Assembly (NCBI GenBank): GCA_017443845.1
Contig: JAFSXX010000048.1
Span: forward strand, 5,823-69,822
Direction of reading: 5' to 3'
DNA from: Bacteroidales bacterium
GTDB lineage: Bacteria; Bacteroidota; Bacteroidia; Bacteroidales; UBA932
Length of the DNA stretch: 64,000 nt
A program made the translations under genes and the position numbers. The notes beneath the pieces were generated by a model. It was not told the origin of the DNA. It was given only the letters and a program-made list of their open reading frames with translations, and made no database searches. Shown piece after piece: positions 7,528 to 16,678 of the stretch (its first letter is position 1; every line of letters starts with the position of its first letter).

Positions 7528-9300
7528 CTATTCCTTGCCCAGATAGTGGATGAAAAGCATCGTCAAGTCGTCGCTCTGGGGGGCATCGCCCACGAAGGCC
7601 CTGACCTCGGCGCTGACCTTATCGAGGTGCTCCTGGGCGGGCTTCCTGCCGGAGAGGGATGCCATCATCCGCTCTTCGCCGAATTGCTTCTGGGCGGCGT
7701 CTTCAGCTTCGGTGAGGCCGTCGGTGTAGAGGAAAATGGCGTCATCCGGATTGAGGTGGCACTCCTGCTCCTTGTATTCCATTCCCTTCATTATGCCCAG
7801 GGGGAGATTGGGCTCCGCGGGCAGGAACTTCTTTGTGCCGGCCAGCAAGATGGGGGCGTTGTGCCCCGCGTTGCAGTAGAGCATACGGCCGCAGGAGAGG
7901 TCGAGGACTCCGCAGAAGAAAGTTACGAACATATTCTTCTCGTTGATGTCGGCCATACTGTCGTTCATCATCGAGATTATCATCGCAGGGCTCTCCTCGT
8001 GGCTCGAGACGGCGCGGAAAAGACTGCGCGTCACGGCCATCACGAGCGAGGCGGGGACACCCTTGCCGCTGACGTCGCCTATGCAGAAGAAGAGCTTTCC
8101 GTCGCGGATATAGAAGTCATACAGGTCGCCTCCGACCTCCTTGGCCGGGAAGATGGCCGCCGCCATATCGATGTCGTGACGCTCCGGGAAAGGAGGGAAG
8201 ACCTTGGGAATCATCGACATCTGGATCTCGCTGGCGATATGGAGCTCGTTCTCTATCTTCTCCTGGCTCTCATTGAGGGCGATGAACTTCATCTGGCTCT
8301 TGGCTACTGCGCGCAGGATCAGCGCGAGCATCGCGAGTCCCAGGAGCTGGAGCAGCGTAACTGTCAGGAAGGATTTGCGTAGGGAAGCGTAGATCTCAGC
8401 GTCAGGGATGACTATGCACATATCCCAACCGGCCCGTTCGATAGGTTCGTAATAGATATGGTACTTGCCGCCCTTGTATTTGAGTACGGAATTGCCCCGG
8501 CCTCCGTTGAACATATCCGTTACCACTGCCGTGGCGCGGTCGGGATTGTCCATCTCGGAAACCATCTCCCAGATGTTCCTGTTCATTATGAAATCCTTCA
8601 CGGGGCAGACCATGATCTTGCCGGTGCGGCTGAACATCAGGCTGAAGGCGTGGGGATAGACATCTATCTCGCCGATCAGGTCGGTGAGCCAGGAGAGGGA
8701 GATGTCGGCGGTCAGCACAGCGGCGCTGTTGCCTTCGCTGTCGCGGATGGGACGCGAGAAAGTAGTCATCAGGATCTCGCCGCCGCCCTCGTCGGTGTAG
8801 GGTTCCGACCAGTATCCCCGGTCGTAGAGCAGGGGCTGGGTGAACCACTCCCTGGAGGGGTAATTGTACTCGGGGGTGGCCAGCGAGCGGATCTTGACCT
8901 CGCCGGTCTCGTGGTCCTCGTAGGCATACGGCGCAAAGAGCGGATAGTCTGAATTGTATCCCGGAATGAAGGCTGCCGTCGAACCCATCACCACATCGTT
9001 CTCTCCGATGATACGGCGGCACACCGACTCAAGGCTGTCGGGGTAGCCGATGCACAACTCGGATATCCATTCGTTGTTGATTACGGAAGCTTCGGCCTGG
9101 TGGATGATGTCCATTATCTTCGCCTTGGTTATCTCCAGCTCACTTTCCGCGCGGAGAGAGGACTCGTCGCGGATGCCCTTGCGGGAGAAATAGAACTGCG
9201 TGAGGGAGGAGACTTCGAGGACCAGCGCCGCGACGATAATCAGCAGCACCCTTCCCCAAGTCCCGTGCTGAAACAGCTGCCTGCCAAAAGGGATTTTCAT
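7528..9300 (-). CDS. Membrane sensor PP2C phosphatase (Cache-like periplasmic domain plus SpoIIE/RsbU-type phosphatase)
   Basis: Two TM segments flank a ~270-aa extracytoplasmic domain. The C-terminal part has SpoIIE motifs (GGDLYDF...FCIGDVSGKGVPASLVMAV...TDGLTEA). Confidence 0.8.
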   Translation of the reverse strand: MKIPFGRQLFQHGTWGRVLLIIVAALVLEVSSLTQFYFSRKGIRDESSLRAESELEITKAKIMDIIHQAEASVINNEWISELCIGYPDSLESVCRRIIGENDVVMGSTAAFIPGYNSDYPLFAPYAYEDHETGEVKIRSLATPEYNYPSREWFTQPLLYDRGYWSEPYTDEGGGEILMTTFSRPIRDSEGNSAAVLTADISLSWLTDLIGEIDVYPHAFSLMFSRTGKIMVCPVKDFIMNRNIWEMVSEMDNPDRATAVVTDMFNGGRGNSVLKYKGGKYHIYYEPIERAGWDMCIVIPDAEIYASLRKSFLTVTLLQLLGLAMLALILRAVAKSQMKFIALNESQEKIENELHIASEIQMSMIPKVFPPFPERHDIDMAAAIFPAKEVGGDLYDFYIRDGKLFFCIGDVSGKGVPASLVMAVTRSLFRAVSSHEESPAMIISMMNDSMADINEKNMFVTFFCGVLDLSCGRMLYCNAGHNAPILLAGTKKFLPAEPNLPLGIMKGMEYKEQECHLNPDDAIFLYTDGLTEAEDAAQKQFGEERMMASLSGRKPAQEHLDKVSAEVRAFVGDAPQSDDLTMLFIHYLGKE

Positions 9301-9389
9301 TGGTTCAAGTAATTTCCGACAAATTTATTATTTTTTATTCTATATTTGCGCCGCAAAAATTAACCTATAATAAAGTATAAGACAAAGAA

Positions 9390-10550
9390 ATGAAAAGACT
9401 CTTTTTGGCAGCATTCTCTGCGGCACTCCTCCTTGTTCCGTTCGTTTCCCGCGCCCAGGCAGCTGAAGTTGACGAAGAAGAAGGCAATCACATGACTGTT
9501 ACTATAGCACCCCGTCTCGAGGGTAATTATGGCAGATGGGAAGCTGACAATCAGCCGGGCACCAACCGTTCGCTCGGCAGTTCTATGCTTTATATGATAA
9601 TGGATGGCAACATCACCGACAACCTGTCGCTCTATGGCGCCTTCCAGCTCCTCAATCCCGACCCCGCCGGCCTTTACGGCAAGGACGACGACGGAGTCAG
9701 CGTCCTTTTCAACCCCCAGTATGTCAACTTCCTCAATATGCTGATGCTTACCTACAGCATAGGAAACGTGGACATCTCCCTCGGTAAGGACGCCCTCGCA
9801 TTCGGCGGTTTCGAGCAGGATCCCGCCATCGTGGATACATATTGGGATATCTATTCCAACAACTGGAATCTCGTGCAGCCCTACCTCTGGGGCGGCCGCA
9901 TCACCTGGAACATCGGCGACCAGGCTCCCTTCTTCCAGATCGTGGATTCCCCTATGAAGGAGCGTGTCTTCGGCAAGGGCGGAATGTGCTTCTTCGGCGG
10001 ATGGAACGGCCAGTTCTATGACGGATGGGAGACAATGTGGTCCTTCGGCGGAATGCAGACCCCCGAGGACGGCACAATGAAGATTCTCTCCCTCGGCAAC
10101 AGGTGGACCTCAGGCAACCTTGTGCTGACACTCGACTACATGGCCCGTTCCTTCGATATCAAGACCCTCTTCAATGACGAGATGACCCTCACCGGCGAAA
10201 TCCGCTACACCTTCCCCAAGATCGACCTCTTCTCCAAATGCGGTTGGGAGTTCGTACGCGGCGAAGGCGGTTCGTACTTCGCTATCGGCGGCGACGACTG
10301 GTACATCCCTTACGGCGGCACCAACTCGAAATCGCTCGTGATGCCTACCATTGTCCCGGACTGCATCGGAGCCGAGTTCGGCGGCATTCCCGACAAGGGC
10401 GACTATCTCTTCGCCAGCCTCGGAGCCGAGATATATCCCCTCAAGACGCGCGACCTCCGCATCCACGTGATCGGCGCAATGAACAACTACAACAAGAGTA
10501 TGTCCCTCACCGCCGGCGTAACCTACTACTTTAACTTCAACCTCTGGTAA
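9390..10550 (+). CDS. Outer-membrane beta-barrel porin-like protein
   Basis: Signal peptide ending AQA, alternating beta-strand pattern, and the aromatic C-terminus YYFNFNLW typical of OMPs. No specific family is recognised. Confidence 0.5.
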   Translation: MKRLFLAAFSAALLLVPFVSRAQAAEVDEEEGNHMTVTIAPRLEGNYGRWEADNQPGTNRSLGSSMLYMIMDGNITDNLSLYGAFQLLNPDPAGLYGKDDDGVSVLFNPQYVNFLNMLMLTYSIGNVDISLGKDALAFGGFEQDPAIVDTYWDIYSNNWNLVQPYLWGGRITWNIGDQAPFFQIVDSPMKERVFGKGGMCFFGGWNGQFYDGWETMWSFGGMQTPEDGTMKILSLGNRWTSGNLVLTLDYMARSFDIKTLFNDEMTLTGEIRYTFPKIDLFSKCGWEFVRGEGGSYFAIGGDDWYIPYGGTNSKSLVMPTIVPDCIGAEFGGIPDKGDYLFASLGAEIYPLKTRDLRIHVIGAMNNYNKSMSLTAGVTYYFNFNLW

Positions 10551-10571
10551 TCTATCAACTAATACAATAGC

Positions 10572-10614
10572 ATACGGGCACAAAACGATGAAGTTTTGTG
10601 CCCGTATAGTTTTT
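10572..10614 (+). terminator. Rho-independent terminator after the porin gene
   Basis: Perfect 15-bp stem ATACGGGCACAAAAC/GTTTTGTGCCCGTAT with loop GATGAA, followed by AGTTTTT. Confidence 0.85.
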
Positions 10615-10621
10615 CCGTACT

Positions 10622-10765
10622 GTCAAAGCCTCCGGGACTGGAGCCTTGCCCCGCAGAGGGAGGATTCGATTCGCAGCAGACAAGTTATCCGCGCAGCGGA
10701 TGACGCAGGATGCGAGACTCTACGTCCTCCCACTGCGGGGCAAGCGGAAGCCCGGAGGCTTTGAC
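10622..10765. repeat. 144-bp GC-rich long inverted-repeat element
   Basis: GTCAAAGCCTCCGGG (10622-10636) pairs with CCCGGAGGCTTTGAC (10751-10765). Inner arms CTTGCCCCGCAG/CTGCGGGGCAAG also pair. There is a central small hairpin ATCCGC-gca-GCGGAT. Confidence 0.75.
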
Positions 10766-10773
10766 TGATGTCG

Positions 10774-11754
10774 CTAAATCGAAAGGATGGCCAGGACGTT
10801 GATCAACTCCTGGTTGATCGGCTTGTCCATCTTGGAGGCGCGGGAGAAGGGGACATAGACGATCTCGTCATTGTCGATACCCACCATAACGTTGCGCTGA
10901 CCCTCCTTGAGCGCCTCGATGGCCGCAACTCCAAGCCTGCTGGCCAGGATACGGTCGAACGCGCTGGGACGCCCGCCGCGCTGCAGATAACCCAGGATAG
11001 TGACGCGCACGTCATAATCCGGATACTCCGTACGCATACGCTCGGCATAATGCATCACGCCGCCGCTGAGCTTGCTCTCCGAAACGATCACGATACTGCT
11101 GTTCTTGCTCTTGCGCACGCCGCGGCTGATGAAATTGCCCAGCTGGTCGATAGTGGTCTTCTCCTCTGGGATGATAGCCGCCTCGGCGCCGGCCGCGATG
11201 GCGCTGTTCTGCGCCAGGAAGCCCGCGTCGCGTCCCATCACCTCCACGAAGAAGATGCGGTCGTGCGAGGAGGCCGTATCGCGGATCTTGTCCACCGCCT
11301 CGACGATGGTATTGAGGGCGGTATCGTAACCGATGGTCGAATCGGTGCCGTAGAGGTCGTTGTCGATGGTGCCAGGGATGCCGATGCAGGGGATGTCGTA
11401 CTCCTGCGCGAATATCTGGGCGCCGGTGATCGAGCCGTTTCCGCCGATGACTATGAGGGCGTCGATGTCGTAGGTCTTCATTGTCTGATAGGCCTTGCGG
11501 CGTCCCTCCTTGGTCATGAACTCCTTGCTGCGGGCGGTCTTGAGGATAGTGCCGCCGTGCTGGATGATGTTGCTTACGCTCTCCGAAGTGAGTCCTCCGC
11601 ACTCATTGTTGATCAAACCCTCGAATCCGCGGTAAATGCCGATGACCTTCCATCCGGAATAAAGGGCAGCCCTGGTGACCGCGCGGATAGCGGCATTCAT
11701 TCCCGGAGCGTCTCCTCCGGAAGTCAGGACTCCTATCGTACCGATTCTCTTCAT
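10774..11754 (-). CDS. pfkA: 6-phosphofructokinase, PfkA-type (326 aa)
   Basis: [26 protein letters not shown]..., TIDNDL and VEVMGRDAG motifs. The start is set at 11754. The 133-codon upstream extension in the track crosses the divergent promoter region. Confidence 0.92.
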   Translation of the reverse strand: MKRIGTIGVLTSGGDAPGMNAAIRAVTRAALYSGWKVIGIYRGFEGLINNECGGLTSESVSNIIQHGGTILKTARSKEFMTKEGRRKAYQTMKTYDIDALIVIGGNGSITGAQIFAQEYDIPCIGIPGTIDNDLYGTDSTIGYDTALNTIVEAVDKIRDTASSHDRIFFVEVMGRDAGFLAQNSAIAAGAEAAIIPEEKTTIDQLGNFISRGVRKSKNSSIVIVSESKLSGGVMHYAERMRTEYPDYDVRVTILGYLQRGGRPSAFDRILASRLGVAAIEALKEGQRNVMVGIDNDEIVYVPFSRASKMDKPINQELINVLAILSI

Positions 11755-11872
11755 ATTGACAAATCTATGTTGTCGCAAATATAGCAAACACTTTTCAATT
11801 CTTTTCGCGAATGTTTCAGAAACGAAACATTGTTCACTATTATTTCCTAATTTTGCGTATCGTACAAAACTG

Positions 11873-14236
11873 ATGCGTATGAAAAAGATTCTCAAAGTAA
11901 TCACCGTTATAGCGGCTGCAAGCCTCGCCTTATCCTGCTCCGAATTCACGGAAACGGTCAGGACTGAGGCCGGAAACGGTCCGGATGAACTCACAGCCTT
12001 CACCGAGACGGCTTCGACCAGGACTACCCTCAGCGAGTCCGATGGGAAATTCGAAGTTTTCTGGAGTTCCAACGATGCCGTCGAGGTTGTAGGAAAAGGG
12101 GAGGGCGGCGCTTCAAAATCTGCCAAGTTCAGCATCAAGTCGGGTTCGGGCACCTCGGCGGGAACCTTCTCCGGAACCTTCGCCGATGCAGGTCAGGGAC
12201 CCTACTATGCTGTATTTCCATATACGGGCAACGCATCCCTCGGAGAATCGGGACTCCATTTCCATATCAGCCAGAATAAAGGTGCACAACTCAATAATAT
12301 AGCCTCCAAGACAGTCCCCGCGGTTGCGGAGGTCGGTCTCTCGGGAGAGGATGCCAGGGTCAATATGCGCAATGTCTGCGGCCTGTTGGGAATAGCCGTC
12401 ACAAGTTCTCCGAATGTCAAGATCAAGAAGATGACCCTGCACGATCTGGGCGGCAATATGCTTTGGGGCGACTGTACAGTCCCCGTCAAGGCGGACGGCA
12501 GCCTGGATTACGGCAATATGAAACTCGAGAACGGAACCAATACCATCTCGATGCGCTGGAACACATACGTTACCTTCAACAGTACCGTCAAGACATATTA
12601 TTTCCCCGTGCCTCCGGGAACCCTCGACTGCGGTTTTTCGGTGGTATTCTACGAACTTGACCTGTCGGAGCCCGATTCCCTCGGAAGGGCGTACGCCTTT
12701 ACCCAGAAGGTCTCCTCGCCTGTGACGGCCGAGCGTTCGATGGTCATCCGGATGGATCCGGTGGCTCTGTCGGGCAATCCCGAGGCCCGCGACGTGAAGG
12801 CCCGCGGTTACTACAAGAGCCTTTTCGTGGACGGAGGAATGTACCTTTCGACAAATGTCAAGACTTCGCAACTGCCTGCGATTTCTTATCTGGGCCTCGA
12901 TTCGGATTACGAATACTTCGGTTCCGGCAACGGAGACGAGAACCAGCCCTTCCAGAACGGAGTGATGGTTTCCGCCCCTACGGAAGGGGGCGTTTCGTGG
13001 AACGATGCCAACGGAGTGCTGCTCTATCCCGACGGGGAACCCAGGTTCCGCGTATTCTACTCCAACGGCGGTACGTCCTACAATCACGGCCCTACGCTGG
13101 GTGACGAGGGGCGCCAGCGGGTACGCAATTTCTATCTCAACGGCGGCAGTTACACCGGTTCATGCGCCGGATCTTTCCTGGCCAGTACTTATGTGGACAG
13201 CCGCAACCGCTACGACAGCGGCGACGGAAAGGACTTCACCTACGGTCTCTGGCCCGGCAACCTGAATCATACCCACCTGCCCATCAATCTCGACTATCCG
13301 TCGATCTATACGGGTATGAAGGTGCTTCCGGCGCTCGCCGAGCTTGGTTATTATCCCAATTCCTTCAGGGCCAACGACACCCTTGAGGATACCCGCCACC
13401 ACGGCGGCAGTTACCTGCCTCACGACAAATACAACAAGAGTTATATCAGCAAGGCCGTAGAGCTGATGACTTTCCGGTATGCGGAGAAGTCGGTGGCCAG
13501 GGATACCTGCCAGTACCGTCCGGAGAATCTCCACAGGCCGATGTATATCTACAAGTCAAAAGCGGTTGACATTGTCGATTCGGTCAGCACATGGGCCTAC
13601 AAGAAGTCCGACAAAACCGGCCGGCTGGTTGTCACCGGCTCGCATCCGGAAGGCTGCAAGACCGGCCGCCAGAGGGATTATACCGCGATGATATGGCGCT
13701 ATGCGATGGACGGTAACGGTGACGTTTCAGTCAAGGGCGACCTCCAACTGGGCAAGACCAGGACTATGGACAAGACCACCGAAGACAACTATGCCGCATT
13801 TACCCGTATCGGCGACAAGCAGTATCACCACTTCAGGTTTACCACCGCTGAGGATATCCCGGATTTCAATATCGTCCTGTCGAGCGATTACAACGCGGAT
13901 TCCGGCATCAACCTGTGGCTTACGCTGCGCAAAGACGATTTCGCCTGGCTTTACGATGCCGATTATACCCTTTGCCAAAAGGGAGGACAAAAGGTCCTGA
14001 GGCTCAAGAACCTGCCTGCGGGAACCTGGTACATAGGCGTCTATTGCGCCACCACCGTGACCGCCACACCCACTGCGGCGCTGCCGTATTATTTCGAGTA
14101 TTCGGGCAAAACCGAAGTCCTCGACGGCATTCCTTACGATATTACTCTCCTGCAGGGCAAGACATTCACAGCCGTAATATCATCGACCCGCGCGGATGGC
14201 GGAAACGAAAATGGAACTTATAAATTTGACGATTAG
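11873..14236 (+). CDS. Large lipoprotein: fimbrillin-like N-terminus, BPL_N/class-I glutamine-amidotransferase-like central domain, C-terminal pre-peptidase-like beta domain
   Basis: The lipobox [22 protein letters not shown] sets the start. [41 protein letters not shown] resembles the PGG...GG.Y.G.CAG signature of BPL_N-type domains. Function is unknown. Confidence 0.55.
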   Translation: MRMKKILKVITVIAAASLALSCSEFTETVRTEAGNGPDELTAFTETASTRTTLSESDGKFEVFWSSNDAVEVVGKGEGGASKSAKFSIKSGSGTSAGTFSGTFADAGQGPYYAVFPYTGNASLGESGLHFHISQNKGAQLNNIASKTVPAVAEVGLSGEDARVNMRNVCGLLGIAVTSSPNVKIKKMTLHDLGGNMLWGDCTVPVKADGSLDYGNMKLENGTNTISMRWNTYVTFNSTVKTYYFPVPPGTLDCGFSVVFYELDLSEPDSLGRAYAFTQKVSSPVTAERSMVIRMDPVALSGNPEARDVKARGYYKSLFVDGGMYLSTNVKTSQLPAISYLGLDSDYEYFGSGNGDENQPFQNGVMVSAPTEGGVSWNDANGVLLYPDGEPRFRVFYSNGGTSYNHGPTLGDEGRQRVRNFYLNGGSYTGSCAGSFLASTYVDSRNRYDSGDGKDFTYGLWPGNLNHTHLPINLDYPSIYTGMKVLPALAELGYYPNSFRANDTLEDTRHHGGSYLPHDKYNKSYISKAVELMTFRYAEKSVARDTCQYRPENLHRPMYIYKSKAVDIVDSVSTWAYKKSDKTGRLVVTGSHPEGCKTGRQRDYTAMIWRYAMDGNGDVSVKGDLQLGKTRTMDKTTEDNYAAFTRIGDKQYHHFRFTTAEDIPDFNIVLSSDYNADSGINLWLTLRKDDFAWLYDADYTLCQKGGQKVLRLKNLPAGTWYIGVYCATTVTATPTAALPYYFEYSGKTEVLDGIPYDITLLQGKTFTAVISSTRADGGNENGTYKFDD

Positions 14237-14250
14237 GGAGGAAATCTGAA

Positions 14251-14397
14251 ATGAAACTTATTACTGAGATTGCAATGAAATATGAGGCCCCCGTGACCGA
14301 GGTCCATCTCTTCGGATCCGAGGTCCGGATCTGTGCCGACTCCCTTAACAATAATGAGCCCTTCGGAACCATCCCCGGCGGCTCATTCGACCTTTGA
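14251..14397 (+). CDS. Unannotated 48-aa sORF: MKLITEIAMKYEAPVTEVHLFGSEVRICADSLNNNEPFGTIPGGSFDL
   Basis: Hand-translated ATG..TGA frame. GGGAGGAAA lies 8-16 nt upstream of the ATG. The sORF sits between the lipoprotein stop (14236) and the pfk-paralog ATG (14411). Confidence 0.3.
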   Translation: MKLITEIAMKYEAPVTEVHLFGSEVRICADSLNNNEPFGTIPGGSFDL

Positions 14398-14410
14398 TTC
14401 ATCTATAATT

Positions 14411-15643
14411 ATGAAAGATACCATTCTTATCCTTACCGGTGGCGGTCCGGCCCCGGGCATCAACACAGTCATAGGCACTATTGCCAAATGTTTTATCGCA
14501 CACGATTACAGGGTCCTGGGCCTGCACGGCGGCTACAGGGGATTGTTCGGCGGCGAACCTGATTTCGAGGAGATCGATTTCTTCCTTGCCGACATGATCT
14601 TCAACCGCGGAGGCTCCTATCTGCGGATGAGCCGTTACAAACCCACGGACGATGATTTCGAGAATTTCAATGTCGAATTCTTCAGGGAGAAGGGCATCAA
14701 GCTGCTCGTCACCATCGGCGGCGACGATACGGCTACCACCGCCGACCGCGTTTCGAGGTATCTCGAGGAGCGCGGCCTCCCCATCCACAATATCCACGTT
14801 CCCAAGACTATCGACAACGACCTCCCGCTGCCGATGAATACCCCGACTTTCGGCTTCAATTCGGCCAAGGCCGAGGCGGCTCATATCGCCTCCACTGTCT
14901 GCGAGGATGCCAAGTCGTCGGGTAACTGGTTCGTTATCTCCTCGATGGGCCGTACGGCGGGCCATCTCGCCCTCGGTATCGGAGCGTCCTGCCACATCCC
15001 GATGATCGTCATCCCGGAGATGTTCAACAAGACCCAGATAACCCTCGACAAGATTATCCGTCTCTGCCTTTCGTGTATCGTCAAGAGGCGGCTCTCCGGC
15101 CAGGATTACGGCGCCATCATTATCTCGGAGGGCGTTTTCCACTCTTTTACGAAGGAGGAGATCAGCCAGTGCGGCCTGCATCTTTCGGTCGATTCCCACG
15201 GCCATATCGAGCTCGGCAAGGCTCCGAAGGCGGAGCTCTTCAACGGCGTTCTCGAAAACAAGATTGCCGAGCTGAAACTCGGGGTCCGCACCCGTCCCAT
15301 CGAGATCGGTTACAGTACCCGCTGCCAGGATCCGATCGCGTACGACCTGCTTTACTGCACCCAGCTGGGATGCGGAGTTTACGATCTCTTCAAGCAGGGC
15401 TATACCGGATGTATGGTCTACGTAGATGCGCTGGGTGAGACCCGTCCCATCTTCCTGCACGATGTGATCGACCCGGTCACGGGCAAGATTCCGCCGAGGC
15501 TGGTCGATATCAACGGCGATATGGCGCAGAGCATCATTACACATCTGTTGAGTTTCATCACTCCGGCCGATTACGAGGCCGCTTCGAAGTATCTGCCCGA
15601 TCCGGAGAATTACGATTTCTACAAGATCCTCGAGTGGAAGTAG
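14411..15643 (+). CDS. pfp: Phosphofructokinase-family enzyme, probably PPi-dependent (diphosphate--fructose-6-phosphate 1-phosphotransferase)
   Basis: MKDTILILTGGGPAPGIN, GGDDT (Asp where ATP-PFKs have Gly), KTIDNDL and SSMGRTAGHLA motifs. The start is set at the ATG at 14411. Confidence 0.75.
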   Translation: MKDTILILTGGGPAPGINTVIGTIAKCFIAHDYRVLGLHGGYRGLFGGEPDFEEIDFFLADMIFNRGGSYLRMSRYKPTDDDFENFNVEFFREKGIKLLVTIGGDDTATTADRVSRYLEERGLPIHNIHVPKTIDNDLPLPMNTPTFGFNSAKAEAAHIASTVCEDAKSSGNWFVISSMGRTAGHLALGIGASCHIPMIVIPEMFNKTQITLDKIIRLCLSCIVKRRLSGQDYGAIIISEGVFHSFTKEEISQCGLHLSVDSHGHIELGKAPKAELFNGVLENKIAELKLGVRTRPIEIGYSTRCQDPIAYDLLYCTQLGCGVYDLFKQGYTGCMVYVDALGETRPIFLHDVIDPVTGKIPPRLVDINGDMAQSIITHLLSFITPADYEAASKYLPDPENYDFYKILEWK

Positions 15644-15653
15644 GCTTCCGGCG

Positions 15654-16364
15654 ATGCTGTCGAAGAATGAGATAAAGCGCATCAAGTCCCTCTCGCAGAA
15701 GAAATTCCGCGACGAGGAGGGGCTCTTTATCGTCGAGGGTGAGAAGATGGTGGCCGAGGCGCTCGCTTCGGATTTCGAGGTTGAGGCGGTTTACAGGACA
15801 TCGGAAATAGGCGAGGAGGCGATGGGGCGCATCTCGGCGCTCTCATCGCCTTCGCCCGCCCTTGCGGTGGTGAGGATTCCCGCTTCCGGCGGAATTCCCG
15901 CCCCTGCGGAGGATGAACTGCTGCTGGCTCTCGATTCCCTGCGCGACCCGGGCAATGTCGGAACCATCATCCGCCTCGCCGACTGGTTCGGTATCAGGAC
16001 CATCCTGGCTTCGCCCGATACGGTCGATATCTATAACCCGAAAGTGGTCCAGGCTACTATGGGTGCCATATTCAGGGTCCGGTTCATCTATTGCGACCTG
16101 CCCGCAACGCTCTCGGCGATGCGCGGCCGCGGCATTCCGGTTTACGGTACTTTCCTTGAGGGAGACGATATCTACAAATCTTCCCTGACAAAAGGCGGCG
16201 TGATAGTTATGGGCTCCGAGTCCAATGGCATAGGCCAGGATGTGGCAGCCCTTGTGGACCGCAAACTCTATATCCCTCCGTTCCCTCCGGAGGGCACTGG
16301 CAGCGAATCGCTCAATGTGGCGATCGCTACGGCAATCACCTGCAGCGAATTCCGCCGCAGGTGA
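15654..16364 (+). CDS. TrmH/SpoU-family RNA 2'-O-methyltransferase
   Basis: The C-terminal SpoU-type methylase motifs are present: DPGNVGTIIRLADWFG, VIVMGSESNGI and ESLNVAIATAI. Confidence 0.85.
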   Translation: MLSKNEIKRIKSLSQKKFRDEEGLFIVEGEKMVAEALASDFEVEAVYRTSEIGEEAMGRISALSSPSPALAVVRIPASGGIPAPAEDELLLALDSLRDPGNVGTIIRLADWFGIRTILASPDTVDIYNPKVVQATMGAIFRVRFIYCDLPATLSAMRGRGIPVYGTFLEGDDIYKSSLTKGGVIVMGSESNGIGQDVAALVDRKLYIPPFPPEGTGSESLNVAIATAITCSEFRRR

Positions 16365-16384
16365 AGTAAACAACTTCATTATAA

Positions 16385-16576
16385 AGAAATTAAGCCGAAG
16401 GCTATGGGCCGGCAGGGGGCAATTGCGGAGGGCCGTAGCGAAGCCCGCCATGGCCGCGAGGCGGAGACGGGAGCGAAGCGGTGGGGTCCCGTCGGAGCCG
16501 CGAGACAGGGCGGAGCTGAGTAGGCCCGGGAGCACTTCTTGCCCCCTGCCGGCCCATAGCCTTCGGCTTAATTTCT
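16385..16576. repeat. Long-hairpin element, copy 1: perfect 37-38 bp stem clamping a 116-nt conserved GC-rich core
   Basis: Arm 16386-16422 is the exact reverse complement of 16539-16575. The core 16423-16538 recurs at 53123-53238. Confidence 0.9.
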
Positions 16577-16678
16577 GCGAAAAGTCTCTTGCATACTTGG
16601 GGAACTCTCTTGCAGACTTGGCCAAAGTTGACTAAATTTGCAAGTTATATTGACTATTTGATATTTACTCGAGATATT

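Noticed and set aside
10774-12153. Long N-terminal extensions given in the ORF track (pfkA to 12153; also 11675, 14333, 16589, 19224, 36310, 62114, 5312, 7324, 54244, 56243)
   Set aside because: The extensions cross divergent promoters or upstream genes and lack homology. Canonical N-termini (signal peptides, lipoboxes, conserved family starts) begin at the internal ATGs I used.
15843-16625. 260-aa minus-strand ORF spanning the trmH 3' end and hairpin element copy 1
   Set aside because: It is antisense to the SpoU-family gene and continues through the palindromic repeat. It has no motifs and Arg/Ala-rich composition.
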